Assembly: GCA_965243375.1 (NCBI GenBank)
Contig: CBDEUT010000004.1
Span: forward strand, 234,276-298,275
DNA length: 64,000 nt
Reading direction: 5' to 3'
Source: Alphaproteobacteria bacterium
GTDB taxonomy: Bacteria > Pseudomonadota > Alphaproteobacteria > UBA828
The position numbers and the translations under genes were made by a program. The notes beneath the pieces were generated by a model. It saw only the letters and a program-made list of their open reading frames with translations. It ran no database searches and was not told where the DNA came from. Shown piece by piece: positions 26,536-39,619 of this stretch; position 1 is the first letter of the stretch; every line of letters starts with the position of its first letter.

Positions 26536-27320
26536 TGGGCGGCTGCCGGTTCGAGCAGGCAATCGTCGGCGAGCGGCACCACCGGCGAGAAGTCGGTGTG
26601 GTGCTTGAACTCGGGCCGGGCGAACGCGGTCTGGGCGTTGGCGACCGGGTTGAGGATCAGCGAGAAGATCGCGCGGTCCCACGGCGACATGTTGCCCGGC
26701 GAGCCGTGGACCATCAGGTCGCCGAAAATGAGGACCGTTCCGGGCGGGCCGAGCGCGGGCGTGATGCCGCCCACGGCGATGAGGTTCGTGACCGTCTCGC
26801 GATCCACCACCCAGAGCGGATAGCTCGTGCTCGTCACGTCGTGGAAGGTGGGCAGGGGCTCGTGCCGATGGGAGCCGGGGATGAAATAGAGCGGACCGTT
26901 GTAGTGGCTCACTTCGTCCAGCAGGATGTGCAGGTTGAGCGCCTGCGGCGCCGGCACGCCGTCGTCCCGGTGATGGGTGGCGAAGTCGTAGTGCCACTGC
27001 CAGACATCGCCCTCGAACGCCGCCTTCACGTTGACCTTGACCTGCTGGATATAAAGCTCGGGGCCCGCGATCTGCTGCGCCGGCACGACCAGGCGCGGGT
27101 GGCGCGCGAGGCGATCGAATAGCTCGCTCCGCTGGTGCAGACCCATCATGGTGCGGGGCATGGTGCCCGTCTTCTCGCCGATGTTGGCGTCGCTCTCCTC
27201 ATCGAAGAGCGGCGGCAGGGCGGCGCGGATCGTTGCCACCTCGGCGGGCGAAAAGACGCCGGGGAGGACTAGCAGGCCGTCCCGGCGGAAGGCCTCAAGC
27301 TGTTCGCCGTTCAGCTTCAA
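26532..27320 (-). CDS. phytanoyl-CoA dioxygenase (PhyH) family Fe(II)/2OG oxygenase (ectoine-hydroxylase-like)
   Basis: 262 aa, TTG start. [18 protein letters not shown] (HxD), and the distal His in [13 protein letters not shown] overlap with the SHMT paralog. Confidence 0.75.
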   Translation of the reverse strand: MKLNGEQLEAFRRDGLLVLPGVFSPAEVATIRAALPPLFDEESDANIGEKTGTMPRTMMGLHQRSELFDRLARHPRLVVPAQQIAGPELYIQQVKVNVKAAFEGDVWQWHYDFATHHRDDGVPAPQALNLHILLDEVSHYNGPLYFIPGSHRHEPLPTFHDVTSTSYPLWVVDRETVTNLIAVGGITPALGPPGTVLIFGDLMVHGSPGNMSPWDRAIFSLILNPVANAQTAFARPEFKHHTDFSPVVPLADDCLLEPAAAQ

Positions 27321-27375
27321 TGGACCGGCCTCGCCGGTTGCTCACCGCCCCGGTCGCGCGGGGCGCGGGGGGCGC

Positions 27376-27407
27376 GGGGGTCTCCCTCCAGCGGCAGGGA
27401 AACCCCC
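27376..27407 (-). terminator. GC-rich stem-loop downstream of the amidohydrolase gene (terminator-like or REP-like, no U-tract)
   Basis: On the minus strand: GGGGGTTTCCCT-GCCGCTGG-AGGGAGACCCCC, 27 nt after the stop at 27434. Confidence 0.3.
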
Positions 27408-27433
27408 AACCCCGCTTTGCGAATCGCGACGGC

Positions 27434-28732
27434 CTACTCGGCGGCGGCGGGCGTCTCGCCCCGCCGGCGCTTGGCCAGCGCGATCTCGTTCGGCGCGCGG
27501 TGGTAGGCGCCGTCCTTCATGATCATGAGCAGGTTGTCGTTATCCTGCATGATCGAGACGTCTTTGGTCGGGTCGCCATCCACCAGCAGCAGGTCGGCGA
27601 GGTATCCCTCCTTGACCATGCCCACGTTCATGCCCATCAGCTCGCCGGCCCACTTGGTGGCCCCGATCAGCGCCTCGGCCGGCGTGTAGCCGAACATGTT
27701 GACGAAATGCTCGAGGTCGCGGGCGTTGGTGCCGATGGGGTTCCAGGCGAAGCCGTAGTCGCCGCCCGGCATGGCGCGGATGCCGCGCTTGCGCACCTCC
27801 TTATAGGTGCGGACCGTGTGCTCCATCTTGTAGAAGAGGTTGTAGCTCTCCGCGACCTCGCGGGTCATTCCCCACTCGGCGGCTTCGTACGCGGTCGTGT
27901 AGACGATGCCCACCGCCGGTGCCATGTAGACTTCCTTCTTCTTGGCCTCCAGCATGTCGAGGGTCTTATTGGTGCAGTAGTCGGCGTGGTAGATGATGTC
28001 GATACCGTGCTTGAGTGCGAGCCGCACCGCCTTGTCGGCCCTGGCGTGGGTGATGATGTTGACGTCGGCCTCGCGCGCGACCTCGGCCGCAGCCGCCACC
28101 TCGGCATCGAAGTAGGTGATCTTCTCGGACTGCCCGGGGTGCGCGAACTCGTCGCCCGAGATGTTGATCTTCAGGTTGTCCACGCCTTCCCGCACGCACA
28201 TGCGGCAGGCCTTGCGTACCTCGTCCGGCCCGTCGGCAATGTAGCCCACCGACTCCTGGTGCATGTGCCACATGCGCTCGTCGCCGAGCCCGCCGGATGA
28301 CACGATCTCAGGCGACGCCGCCTTGATGCGGGGCCCCGGATAGCGCCCGGCGTTTATCACGTCGCGCAGCACCGGCTCGATGCGGAGCTTGTTGTAGCCG
28401 ACGCCGGCGGCCGAGAAGAGGCTCGTGAAGCCGGCGTCGAGCATCGTCCGCGCATTGTCGAGCGCGAGCACCATGTGCTCCTCGGGCTGGAGCCGCCCGA
28501 TCTCTGGCAAGCTCGCGCTGTCGATGTAGCAAACGTGGGAGTGGGGTTCGACCATGCCCGGCATCAGGGTGGCGCCGGCACCGTCCACCACGGTCGCGCC
28601 GTTGGCCCTGATCTTGCCCTTGCCGCGCGCGACCTTCTTGATGAGGTTGCCCTGCAGCTTCACCTCGCCCGCATAGGGGCGCTTGGCGTTGCCGTCGAAA
28701 ATCATCACGTTCTTGAAGAGCGTCTCTGCCAT
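27434..28732 (-). CDS. amidohydrolase family protein (metal-dependent, TIM-barrel)
   Basis: ORF trimmed to MAETLFKNVMIFDG (ATG at 28732, GGAGG upstream). PGMVEPHSHV HxH motif and the C-terminal GYLADLLLVDGDP pattern. Confidence 0.8.
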   Translation of the reverse strand: MAETLFKNVMIFDGNAKRPYAGEVKLQGNLIKKVARGKGKIRANGATVVDGAGATLMPGMVEPHSHVCYIDSASLPEIGRLQPEEHMVLALDNARTMLDAGFTSLFSAAGVGYNKLRIEPVLRDVINAGRYPGPRIKAASPEIVSSGGLGDERMWHMHQESVGYIADGPDEVRKACRMCVREGVDNLKINISGDEFAHPGQSEKITYFDAEVAAAAEVAREADVNIITHARADKAVRLALKHGIDIIYHADYCTNKTLDMLEAKKKEVYMAPAVGIVYTTAYEAAEWGMTREVAESYNLFYKMEHTVRTYKEVRKRGIRAMPGGDYGFAWNPIGTNARDLEHFVNMFGYTPAEALIGATKWAGELMGMNVGMVKEGYLADLLLVDGDPTKDVSIMQDNDNLLMIMKDGAYHRAPNEIALAKRRRGETPAAAE

Positions 28733-28964
28733 CGTCTCAGCCTCCGCCTCTGGCATGCGCGGCCGCAGTCCCACGGGCCCATGCCGCAGGGTTCGATTCG
28801 TAGCGCCGCTCGGGGCGGCGCACGCCGCTGCGTATACCTTAGGCGTCAGTACCAGCGCCCGCAATCGCTAACCCGCGCCGGCAGCCTATGACCGGGAGCA
28901 CTGGCGGCGCTGTACATCGGCACGGCCGCGGTCTATGACGCGCGCGCCAGCAGGGAGGACACCC

Positions 28965-29552
28965 ATGAAGCTCTATTCGAGCTCCGCGACGCCGTTCGGC
29001 CGCAAGGCGGCGATCGTCGCGCAGGAGCACGGCATCGCGCCCGACATCGTGAACGTGAACCCCTTCGAGTCGGAGGAGCTCGAGCGGCTCAATCCGGCCA
29101 AGCTCATTCCGGTGCTGGTGATGGACGACGGCACCGTGCTCTACGACAGCCACGCGATCTGCGCCTATTTCGACGAGATCGGCTCGGGGCCGACGATCTA
29201 TCCCGACGACGACCGCTGGGGCTGGCAGCGCCGCCTGACCCTCGGCACCGCGCTCACGGAGACGAGCGTCCAGTGGATCTTCCAGAAGCGCCAGCCGGCG
29301 GACCAGCAGAGCGTCAATCTCAAGACCCACTTCGAGAAGCGGGTGAGGCGCATCGCCAAGGCGCTCGACGGCGATGTGGACGCTTACGCCGCCGCACCTT
29401 TCCGTATCGATCATATCGCCATCGTCTGCGGTCTCGGCCACCTGGAGTTCCGCCACGACGACACGTGGCGGGCGGACTGCCCCGCGCTCACGGCGTGGTA
29501 CGAGGACATCCAGAGCCGGCCGAGCGTCGCCGCGACACAGCCCACGGACTGA
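28965..29552 (+). CDS. glutathione S-transferase family protein
   Basis: ORF trimmed to MKLYSS (ATG at 28965, GGGAGG upstream). The N-terminal thioredoxin-like region has LIPVLVMDDGTVLYDSHAICAYF. Confidence 0.75.
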   Translation: MKLYSSSATPFGRKAAIVAQEHGIAPDIVNVNPFESEELERLNPAKLIPVLVMDDGTVLYDSHAICAYFDEIGSGPTIYPDDDRWGWQRRLTLGTALTETSVQWIFQKRQPADQQSVNLKTHFEKRVRRIAKALDGDVDAYAAAPFRIDHIAIVCGLGHLEFRHDDTWRADCPALTAWYEDIQSRPSVAATQPTD

Positions 29553-29573
29553 CGCCGGGAGGAAGAAAGCGCC

Positions 29574-30296
29574 ATGATCGACCTGCACTACTGGCCGACG
29601 CCCAACGGCAAGAAGGTGACCATCCTGCTGGAGGAATGCGGGATGCCCTATCGCCTTATCCCCTGCCACATCGGGAAGGGCGATCAGTTCGAGGAGTCGT
29701 TCCTTAGGATCAGCCCCAACAACCGCATGCCGGCGCTGGTGGACGACGACCCGCCCGGCGGCGGCGCGCCGGTTAGCGTCTTCGAATCGGGCGCGATGAT
29801 GATGTACATCGCCGAGAAGGCCGGTCGCTTCTACCCGCAGGACCTGCACGGCCGCTACGAGGTCAACCAGTGGATCATGTGGCAGATGGCGAACCAGGGC
29901 CCGAAGTTCGGCGAATTCGGCCACTTTCGCCGGCTGGGCGACGACGAGGGCGACCAGACCTACGCCATCACGCGCTTCGGCAACGAGGTCAACCGGCTCT
30001 ACGGTGTCATGAACAACCGGCTCTACGACCGGCCCTATCTCGCGGGCGAGGAGTACACCATCGCCGACATGGTCTCCTATCCCTGGGCCGTCTACTGGGA
30101 ATCTCAGGGGCAGGACATCAACGATTTCAAATACTTCAAGCGCTGGTTTGAAGTGCTTTCAGAGCGTAACGGTGTGAAGCGCGGCATGGCGGCGGGCGAA
30201 GACCTGCCGGAAGACCCCGATACCCTCTCCGACGAGGAGAAGGCGCGGCGCCGCGCTCTGCTCTACAACCAGCGGGCAAGGCCGGCGCCGGGTTGA
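29574..30296 (+). CDS. glutathione S-transferase, Nu-class (YfcG/YghU-like)
   Basis: MIDLHYWPTPNGKKVTILLEE...ISPNNRMPALVD...VFESGAMMMYIAEK is the YfcG-type pattern. Confidence 0.8.
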   Translation: MIDLHYWPTPNGKKVTILLEECGMPYRLIPCHIGKGDQFEESFLRISPNNRMPALVDDDPPGGGAPVSVFESGAMMMYIAEKAGRFYPQDLHGRYEVNQWIMWQMANQGPKFGEFGHFRRLGDDEGDQTYAITRFGNEVNRLYGVMNNRLYDRPYLAGEEYTIADMVSYPWAVYWESQGQDINDFKYFKRWFEVLSERNGVKRGMAAGEDLPEDPDTLSDEEKARRRALLYNQRARPAPG

Positions 30297-30319
30297 GCAG
30301 GCACGCGACTGCTTCGTTT

Positions 30320-30410
30320 CCCTCAGGCGCCGGGCGCTCGCTCCGTTCGCTTGGCTACGCGCCTTCGGCGCGGCGCGCGGTCGCGCGCTCCGGCCCGCTG
30401 CGCGGCCCGG
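30320..30410. repeat. REP-like GC-rich intergenic repeat, copy 1 (second copy at 48407-48493)
   Basis: CCCTCAGGCGCCGGGCGCTCGCTCCGTTCGCTTGGCTACGCGCCTTCGGCGCGG...GCGGCCCGG recurs with about 90 percent identity by eye at 48407-48493. Contains the hairpin GCGCC-TTC-GGCGC. Sits between convergent genes. Confidence 0.7.
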
Positions 30411-30421
30411 TGCACTGCTCG

Positions 30422-31453
30422 TCAGTCGACTGGCTTCCAGTCCCCTGCGGGTTTGAGCTTCTTGGCTTCGGGGATCACCTCGGCGCCGAAGCGCTCGATC
30501 TGGTCGAGCTGCTCGGAGAGCGCGCCCGAGGGGCAGTCCAGCATGCAGACCGCCATCGAGAAGCCGGCATCGGCGAACGCCGCGAGGTCTTCGAGTATCT
30601 GCTCGGCTGTGCCGGTGCAGGTGAGGCGCGGACTGGCCTGCGAGGCCGGGGCGCCGGCATCGGTAATGCGCGCGGTGGCGGCGCAGAGCATCAGGAAGTC
30701 GGAGGGGCTCCGGCCTTGCGCCTCAAGCTCGCGGCGCACCTCGTCCTGGAGGGGGGCGAAGCGCCCGGCCTCCACGTGGGAGTCGAGGAAGAGCGGATAG
30801 AGGCCGTTGCAGAAGCGCGCGGCACGCCTCGCGCCCCGGATCGTGTTGCCGCCGAAGACGATCGGCGGGTGCGGGCTCTGCTGCACCGGTTTCGGGTCCT
30901 GGGAGACGTCCTTGAAGCTGTAGTAGTTGCCCTCGAACGTGGCGAGGTCGCCGGTCCAGGAGGCCTTGTAGATCTGGATGCACTCCTCGGTGCGCCGGTT
31001 GCGCTCCTCGTAGTCGATGCCGACAGCGTCGAACTCCTCGACCATCCAGCCGACGCCGACGCCGAGCATGAGCCGGCCGCCCGAGAGCCGGTCCACGGTC
31101 ATGAACTGACGCGCGTCCGAGAGGGGATGGCGGTAGGGCGCGATCAGCACGCTGGTGGCGAGCTTGAGGGTCGTGGTCTGCACCGCGACGGCGCCCATGA
31201 CGACGGCTGCGTCCAGCATGTTGTGGCGGCGCTGGTAGGCGCGCTGGCCGGAGACGTTGGCGGTGTGGAAGCTCTCGGAAGCGTAAGGTATGCAGACGTG
31301 GTCGGGATACCAGATCGAGTGGATGCCCGCGCGCTCGGCGGTCTGGGCAACCCGGATCGGGTCCATCTGCTCCACCGGCGTGTGGTGGAGGAACATGTTG
31401 ACGTCGTCACGGTAGGACTGTCCGTGGGTGTTTCCGTAAAGCCCGACTTCCAT
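30422..31453 (-). CDS. LLM-class flavin/F420-dependent oxidoreductase
   Basis: 343 aa. HSIWYPDHV, RLMLGVGVGWMVEEF, and PPIVFGGN motifs of luciferase-like monooxygenases. Confidence 0.8.
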   Translation of the reverse strand: MEVGLYGNTHGQSYRDDVNMFLHHTPVEQMDPIRVAQTAERAGIHSIWYPDHVCIPYASESFHTANVSGQRAYQRRHNMLDAAVVMGAVAVQTTTLKLATSVLIAPYRHPLSDARQFMTVDRLSGGRLMLGVGVGWMVEEFDAVGIDYEERNRRTEECIQIYKASWTGDLATFEGNYYSFKDVSQDPKPVQQSPHPPIVFGGNTIRGARRAARFCNGLYPLFLDSHVEAGRFAPLQDEVRRELEAQGRSPSDFLMLCAATARITDAGAPASQASPRLTCTGTAEQILEDLAAFADAGFSMAVCMLDCPSGALSEQLDQIERFGAEVIPEAKKLKPAGDWKPVD

Positions 31454-31607
31454 GATGCTGCCCCTCTGGTTCGCCCGATTTCTGGCGGGCCGGGATTATG
31501 CCGTCCGCATCGCTTGCCTGGAAGCGCCGTCGCGCGCGCGGTAGCCTCGAAGAGCCGCGCGAGTCGAGGAGCCGCGCGGACCTGACACAGACGGATCGAG
31601 GGCGGTC

Positions 31608-33068
31608 ATGCGGGTCTTCATTGCCTGTCTCGGAACCGAGACAAACACCTTCTCGTCGTTGCCGACGGGCGAGCAGACCTATCGGGACACGGCCGTCTTC
31701 GACGACGATGCGACGCGCCATGCGCCCAACCCCTTCAGCCTGCCGCTGCACATCTGGCGCGAGCGCGCCGAGGCGGAAGGGCGCGAGGTGATCGAGGGTC
31801 TCTGCGCCTTCGCCCAGCCGGCGGGGCGGACGATCCGCCGGGTCTACGAGGGCTATCGCGACCGCATCCTTGCGCAGGCCAAGGCCGCGCTGCCGCTCGA
31901 CCTCGTGCTGGTGAACATGCATGGCGCGATGGTGGCGGAGGGCTACGACGACTGCGAGGGCGACCTGCTGGCCCGGCTGCGCGAGGTCGTTGGCCCCGAC
32001 GCGGTGATCGGCGGCGAGCTCGACCTGCACTGCCACATCACGCCGCTGATGCTGGAGGCGGCCACGGCGCTGCTCACCTACAAGGAGTATCCCCACATCG
32101 ACATCGGCGAGCGGGCGGGGGACCTGTTCAGGCTCTGCCACGACGCGGCTCTCGGGCGCACCGCGCCGGTGATGGCCGCCCACGACTGCCGCATGATCAG
32201 CATGTGGCGCACCACGGACGAGCCGATGCGGACCTTCGTCAACCGCATGAAGGTGCGCGAGGGGAGCGGCGGAATCCTCGCCGTTTCCTTCGGCCACGGC
32301 TTCCCCTGGGGCGACGTGGCCGAGGTAGGGGCCAAGACGCTGGTGGTGGCCGATGGCGACGAGGGCAAGGCGGCGGCGCTGGCCGCCGATCTCGGCGCCC
32401 GGCTCTGGGCGATGCGGGAGGAGACGCGGCCGACGTCAATCGGGATCGACGACGCCATCGACCGGGCATTGGCGGTCGACGGCGGGCCGGTCGTGCTGGC
32501 AGACGTCTCGGACAATGCCGGCGGCGGCGCGCCGAGCGATTCCACATTCATCCTGGAGCGCCTGATCGCGCGCGGCGTCGGCGATGCGGCGAGCGGTCTC
32601 TACTGGGACCCGGTGGCCGTGCGCTTCTGCATGGAAGCTGGGGAGGGGGCCTCGCTCCGGCTCCGCATCGGCGGCAAGTGCGGCCCGGATTCGGGCGACC
32701 CGGTGGACCTCGCGGTCACGGTCGAGCGCATCGTCACCGGTGCCGCGCAGACCTTCGGCGCGGCCCGCAACAGGATCGGCGATGCCGTTAGGGTGCGCGC
32801 GGAAGGCGGCCTGGACCTCGTGCTCAACACGGTGCGCACGCAGGTCTTCCATCCCGACGCGTTCGCCGCCGTCGGCCTCGATCCGGTGGGCAAGAAGATC
32901 GTGGTGGTGAAGTCCACCCAGCACTTCCACGCCGGCTTCGCCCCGATCGCGAAGGAGATTCTCTACGTCGCGGCGCCCGGCGCCATCGCGCCCGACTTCG
33001 CGGCGATCCCCTACACCAAGCTGGCGAAGCCATATTGGCCCAGGGTCGAAGACCCGTGGGCAGCGTGA
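31608..33068 (+). CDS. M81-family metallopeptidase (MlrC-like)
   Basis: 486 aa. MRVFIACLGTETNTFS N-terminus and the HGAMVAEGYDDCEGDLL pattern are typical of the MlrC family. Confidence 0.8.
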   Translation: MRVFIACLGTETNTFSSLPTGEQTYRDTAVFDDDATRHAPNPFSLPLHIWRERAEAEGREVIEGLCAFAQPAGRTIRRVYEGYRDRILAQAKAALPLDLVLVNMHGAMVAEGYDDCEGDLLARLREVVGPDAVIGGELDLHCHITPLMLEAATALLTYKEYPHIDIGERAGDLFRLCHDAALGRTAPVMAAHDCRMISMWRTTDEPMRTFVNRMKVREGSGGILAVSFGHGFPWGDVAEVGAKTLVVADGDEGKAAALAADLGARLWAMREETRPTSIGIDDAIDRALAVDGGPVVLADVSDNAGGGAPSDSTFILERLIARGVGDAASGLYWDPVAVRFCMEAGEGASLRLRIGGKCGPDSGDPVDLAVTVERIVTGAAQTFGAARNRIGDAVRVRAEGGLDLVLNTVRTQVFHPDAFAAVGLDPVGKKIVVVKSTQHFHAGFAPIAKEILYVAAPGAIAPDFAAIPYTKLAKPYWPRVEDPWAA

Positions 33069-33084
33069 GAGCGGGAGAGACGAC

Positions 33085-34374
33085 ATGGCGATGGACTTGA
33101 TCGTGCGCGGCGCCAATCTGCCCGATGGACGGATCGGCGTGGACATCGGCGTGCAGGATGGGCGCATCGTCGCCGTGGAGCCCGCGCTGCAGGCCGAGGC
33201 CGGGCAGGAGATCGACGCGACGGACCGGCTGGTCACGCCGCCCTTCGTCGATGCCCATTTCCACATGGATGCGACGCTGACGCGCGGCCTGCCGCGCACC
33301 AACCGCTCAGGCACCCTCTTCGAGGGCATTCAGCTATGGGGCGAGCTGAAGCCGCTCTTGACGTCCGAGGCGGTTGCCGAGCGGGCGATGACCTATTGCG
33401 ACATGGCGATCGCGCAGGGAATCCAGGCGATTCGCAGCCATGTCGACGTCTGCGACGAGAGGTTGATCGGGGTCGAGGCGCTGCTGGAGGTCAAGCGCCG
33501 GGTCGCGCCGTACATCGATCTGCAGCTCATCGCCTTCCCGCAACAGGGCTACTACCGCTATCCCAACGCGCAGGAACTGTTCAAGCGGGCGCTCGACATG
33601 GGTGTCGAGGTGATCGGCGGCATTCCGCACTTCGAGCGCACGATGGCGGATGGCGCCGCGTCGGTGACCGAGCTTCTGGAGATCGCGGCGGAGCGCGGGC
33701 TGCTGGTCGACATGCACTGCGACGAGACCGACGACCCGATGTCGCGGCACGTCGAGATGCTCGCCAGGGAGACCCTGCGCCTCAACCTGCAGGGGCGGGT
33801 GGCGGCATCGCACCTGACCTCCATGCACGTCATGGACAACTACTACGTCAGCAAGCTGATCCCGCTGATCGCCGAGTCGGAGATCGACGTGATCCCCAAT
33901 CCCCTGACCAACATCGCGGTGTGGGGGGACAACGACGGCAGCTATCCCAAGTGGCGCGGCATCACCCGCGTGCCGGAGCTGAACGCGGCCGGCATCACCA
34001 TAGCCTTCGGCCAGGATTGCGTGATGGACCCGTGGTACGCCTACGGCAGTGCCGACATGCTGGAGGTCGCGCACATGGGCTCGCACGTGACGGCCATGTT
34101 CGGGGAGAACGAGGTGCGGGCCTGCTTCGACGCGATCACCGTGAACCCCGCGAAGATCATGCACCTCGAGGGCTACGGGCTGGAGCCCGGCTGTTATGCC
34201 GACATGGTCGTGCTCCAGGCTGCGGACCCGTTGGAAGCGATCAGGCTGCGGGCGACGCGGCTCGCGGTGATCCGCCGCGGCGAGGTGGTCGCACGCACCC
34301 CGGTGGCCGTGACGGAGCTCTCCGTGCCGGGGCGGCCCAACAGCGTGGCGCTGACCTACAAGCCGCAAGGCTAA
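33085..34374 (+). CDS. cytosine-deaminase-like amidohydrolase
   Basis: 429 aa. LVTPPFVDAHFHMD HxH motif, DMHCDETDD, and SHLTSM are typical of CodA-related amidohydrolases. Confidence 0.75.
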   Translation: MAMDLIVRGANLPDGRIGVDIGVQDGRIVAVEPALQAEAGQEIDATDRLVTPPFVDAHFHMDATLTRGLPRTNRSGTLFEGIQLWGELKPLLTSEAVAERAMTYCDMAIAQGIQAIRSHVDVCDERLIGVEALLEVKRRVAPYIDLQLIAFPQQGYYRYPNAQELFKRALDMGVEVIGGIPHFERTMADGAASVTELLEIAAERGLLVDMHCDETDDPMSRHVEMLARETLRLNLQGRVAASHLTSMHVMDNYYVSKLIPLIAESEIDVIPNPLTNIAVWGDNDGSYPKWRGITRVPELNAAGITIAFGQDCVMDPWYAYGSADMLEVAHMGSHVTAMFGENEVRACFDAITVNPAKIMHLEGYGLEPGCYADMVVLQAADPLEAIRLRATRLAVIRRGEVVARTPVAVTELSVPGRPNSVALTYKPQG

Positions 34375-34417
34375 CCCGCCAGCGGCGCGCCGCTCGGAGG
34401 GAGCCCGATGGCCTGAC

Positions 34418-34456
34418 GAATCCCGCTTCATCCCGCGTTGTTCCGCTTCATCCCGG
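34418..34456 (+). repeat. short degenerate copy of the phased ATCCC array (3-4 cores)
   Basis: GAATCCCGCTTCATCCCGCGTTGTTCCGCTTCATCCCGG, with cores about 10 bp apart, in the same orientation as the 39.6-kb array. Confidence 0.5.
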
Positions 34457-34534
34457 TAGAACGTCCGCAAATGGTGTACACAAGGGCGCCGGGGCGGGCC
34501 GGCGACGGTTGCGAAAACGGGAGGGAACGGAGCG

Positions 34535-35314
34535 ATGTTGGGCAGGGTGGAGAGTATCTGGCGGTACCCGGTGAAGAGCATGCGGGGCGAGGAGGTCGAC
34601 GAGATTTTTGTCGCCTTCACCGGCCTGATGGGCGATCGGGTCTATGCCATCGCGTCCACCGCCGCGCCCGCGTCGTTCCCCTGGCATACGGCGCGCGAGC
34701 AGGAGGACCTGGTGCTCTACCAGGCGCGCTTCAAGCAGCGCGACGGCACGCTCAAGCCCGACAACATGGAAGAGGCGATGGGCCATCCCGCCAACGTCCA
34801 CGCGCCCTTTCCCGAGGCCGAGGCCTTCGCCGTCGAGGTCGAGCGCCCCGACGGCTCGGTCGTGGACATCGAGGACCCGGCCTTCCTGGACGGGATCGAG
34901 GACAGGTCCAAGGGCGCACTCTCGCTGCGCTTCACCCAGCGGAGCATTGTCGATTGTCGCCCGGTCACGCTGTTCTCGCTCCAGACCGTGGGCCAGCTTG
35001 CCGAGGAGACCGGCATCGATGTCCATAAGCTCCAGTTCCGCGCCAACTTCTACGTCGACTGGGCGGAGCAGGGCGGCTTCTACGAGGACGAGCTGGTGGG
35101 GCGCAGGGTCACGGTGGGCGACGCGGTCGAGCTGATGGTCGTGGAGCGCGACCCCCGCTGCAAGTTCATCACCATCCACCCGGAGACCGCCGAGACCGCG
35201 CCCGCGCTGCTCAAGCACGTCAACCGCACGCGCGACGGCTTCGCAGGGGTGTATGCGGCGGTGATCAAGGAGGGGCCGGTCAAGAGCGGCGACGAGATCG
35301 CGCTGGTGGACTGA
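34535..35314 (+). CDS. MOSC domain-containing protein
   Basis: 259 aa. The N-terminus SIWRYPVKSMRGEEV is the YcbX/MOSC beta-barrel signature. Confidence 0.8.
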   Translation: MLGRVESIWRYPVKSMRGEEVDEIFVAFTGLMGDRVYAIASTAAPASFPWHTAREQEDLVLYQARFKQRDGTLKPDNMEEAMGHPANVHAPFPEAEAFAVEVERPDGSVVDIEDPAFLDGIEDRSKGALSLRFTQRSIVDCRPVTLFSLQTVGQLAEETGIDVHKLQFRANFYVDWAEQGGFYEDELVGRRVTVGDAVELMVVERDPRCKFITIHPETAETAPALLKHVNRTRDGFAGVYAAVIKEGPVKSGDEIALVD

Positions 35315-35361
35315 GGGCCCAAGCCCGGCCGCCGTTCTTTCGATAGCGGGAGTATCGCGAC

Positions 35362-39006
<3,645 letters not shown>

Positions 39007-39041
39007 AGGTGAGCTACACGAAGATCCAGGGGAGGACTGCC

Positions 39042-39437
39042 ATGACGCTTACGCTCGACGAAGCCAACCGCATTGCCGCGGGCGCGATCGACCACGCGCG
39101 AAGCATCGATATCCTGGTCTGCGTCGCGGTGTGCGATGCGGGCGGAAAGCTGGTCTCGTTTCAGCGGATGGACGGGGCCATCTGGGCCGCCGTCTACGGC
39201 TGCCAGGGCAAGGCCGCCGCATCGGCCGCCTTCGGCCGCCCCAGCGGCGATCTCACCGAGCGCGCGGACCATCCCACCTTCCGCGGTATCGTCGCCGCCG
39301 ACGGTGGGCACATGATCCTGGGCCGCGGCGGCGTGCCGATCATGCGCGACGGCCGGGTCATCGGCGCCTGCGGTGTCGGCGGCGGCACCGGCGAGGAGGA
39401 CGAGGAGTGCGCCAGGGCGGGCGTCGCAGGCATTTGA
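39042..39437 (+). CDS. GlcG/HbpS-like heme-binding protein (DUF336)
   Basis: 131 aa starting at the ATG at 39042 with GGGGAGG upstream. MTLTLDEANRIAAGAIDHAR...VCDAGGKLVSFQRMDG...GGVPI..DGRVIGACGVGGGTGEEDE. Confidence 0.8.
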   Translation: MTLTLDEANRIAAGAIDHARSIDILVCVAVCDAGGKLVSFQRMDGAIWAAVYGCQGKAAASAAFGRPSGDLTERADHPTFRGIVAADGGHMILGRGGVPIMRDGRVIGACGVGGGTGEEDEECARAGVAGI

Positions 39438-39619
39438 CCGTGGACTTCCGCGCGGAGTCTTGAGGCGCAGGCGCGCGGTCGGGCCTGACGATCCGGCCGG
39501 CTCGACGCCCCGGACCATGGTGCGGTTCACGGCACGGGGCACCTGTGCCAGGATCGCGCCATGCTGCCTACGAGCGAACCGCCCGCGCCCTACGCCATTG
39601 CCACCGCTTGTCTCGGTGA

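Noticed and set aside
24277-26823. 848-aa plus-strand ORF. Similar long antisense ORFs at 5716-7440, 7698-9869, 12518-14593, 21438-23552, 36115-38409, 40294-41640, 55018-57549, 54536-56878 and 60557-62440
   Set aside because: All overlap genes with clear family motifs on the other strand or in another frame. They lack recognisable motifs and have Arg/Ala/Gly/Pro-dominated composition.
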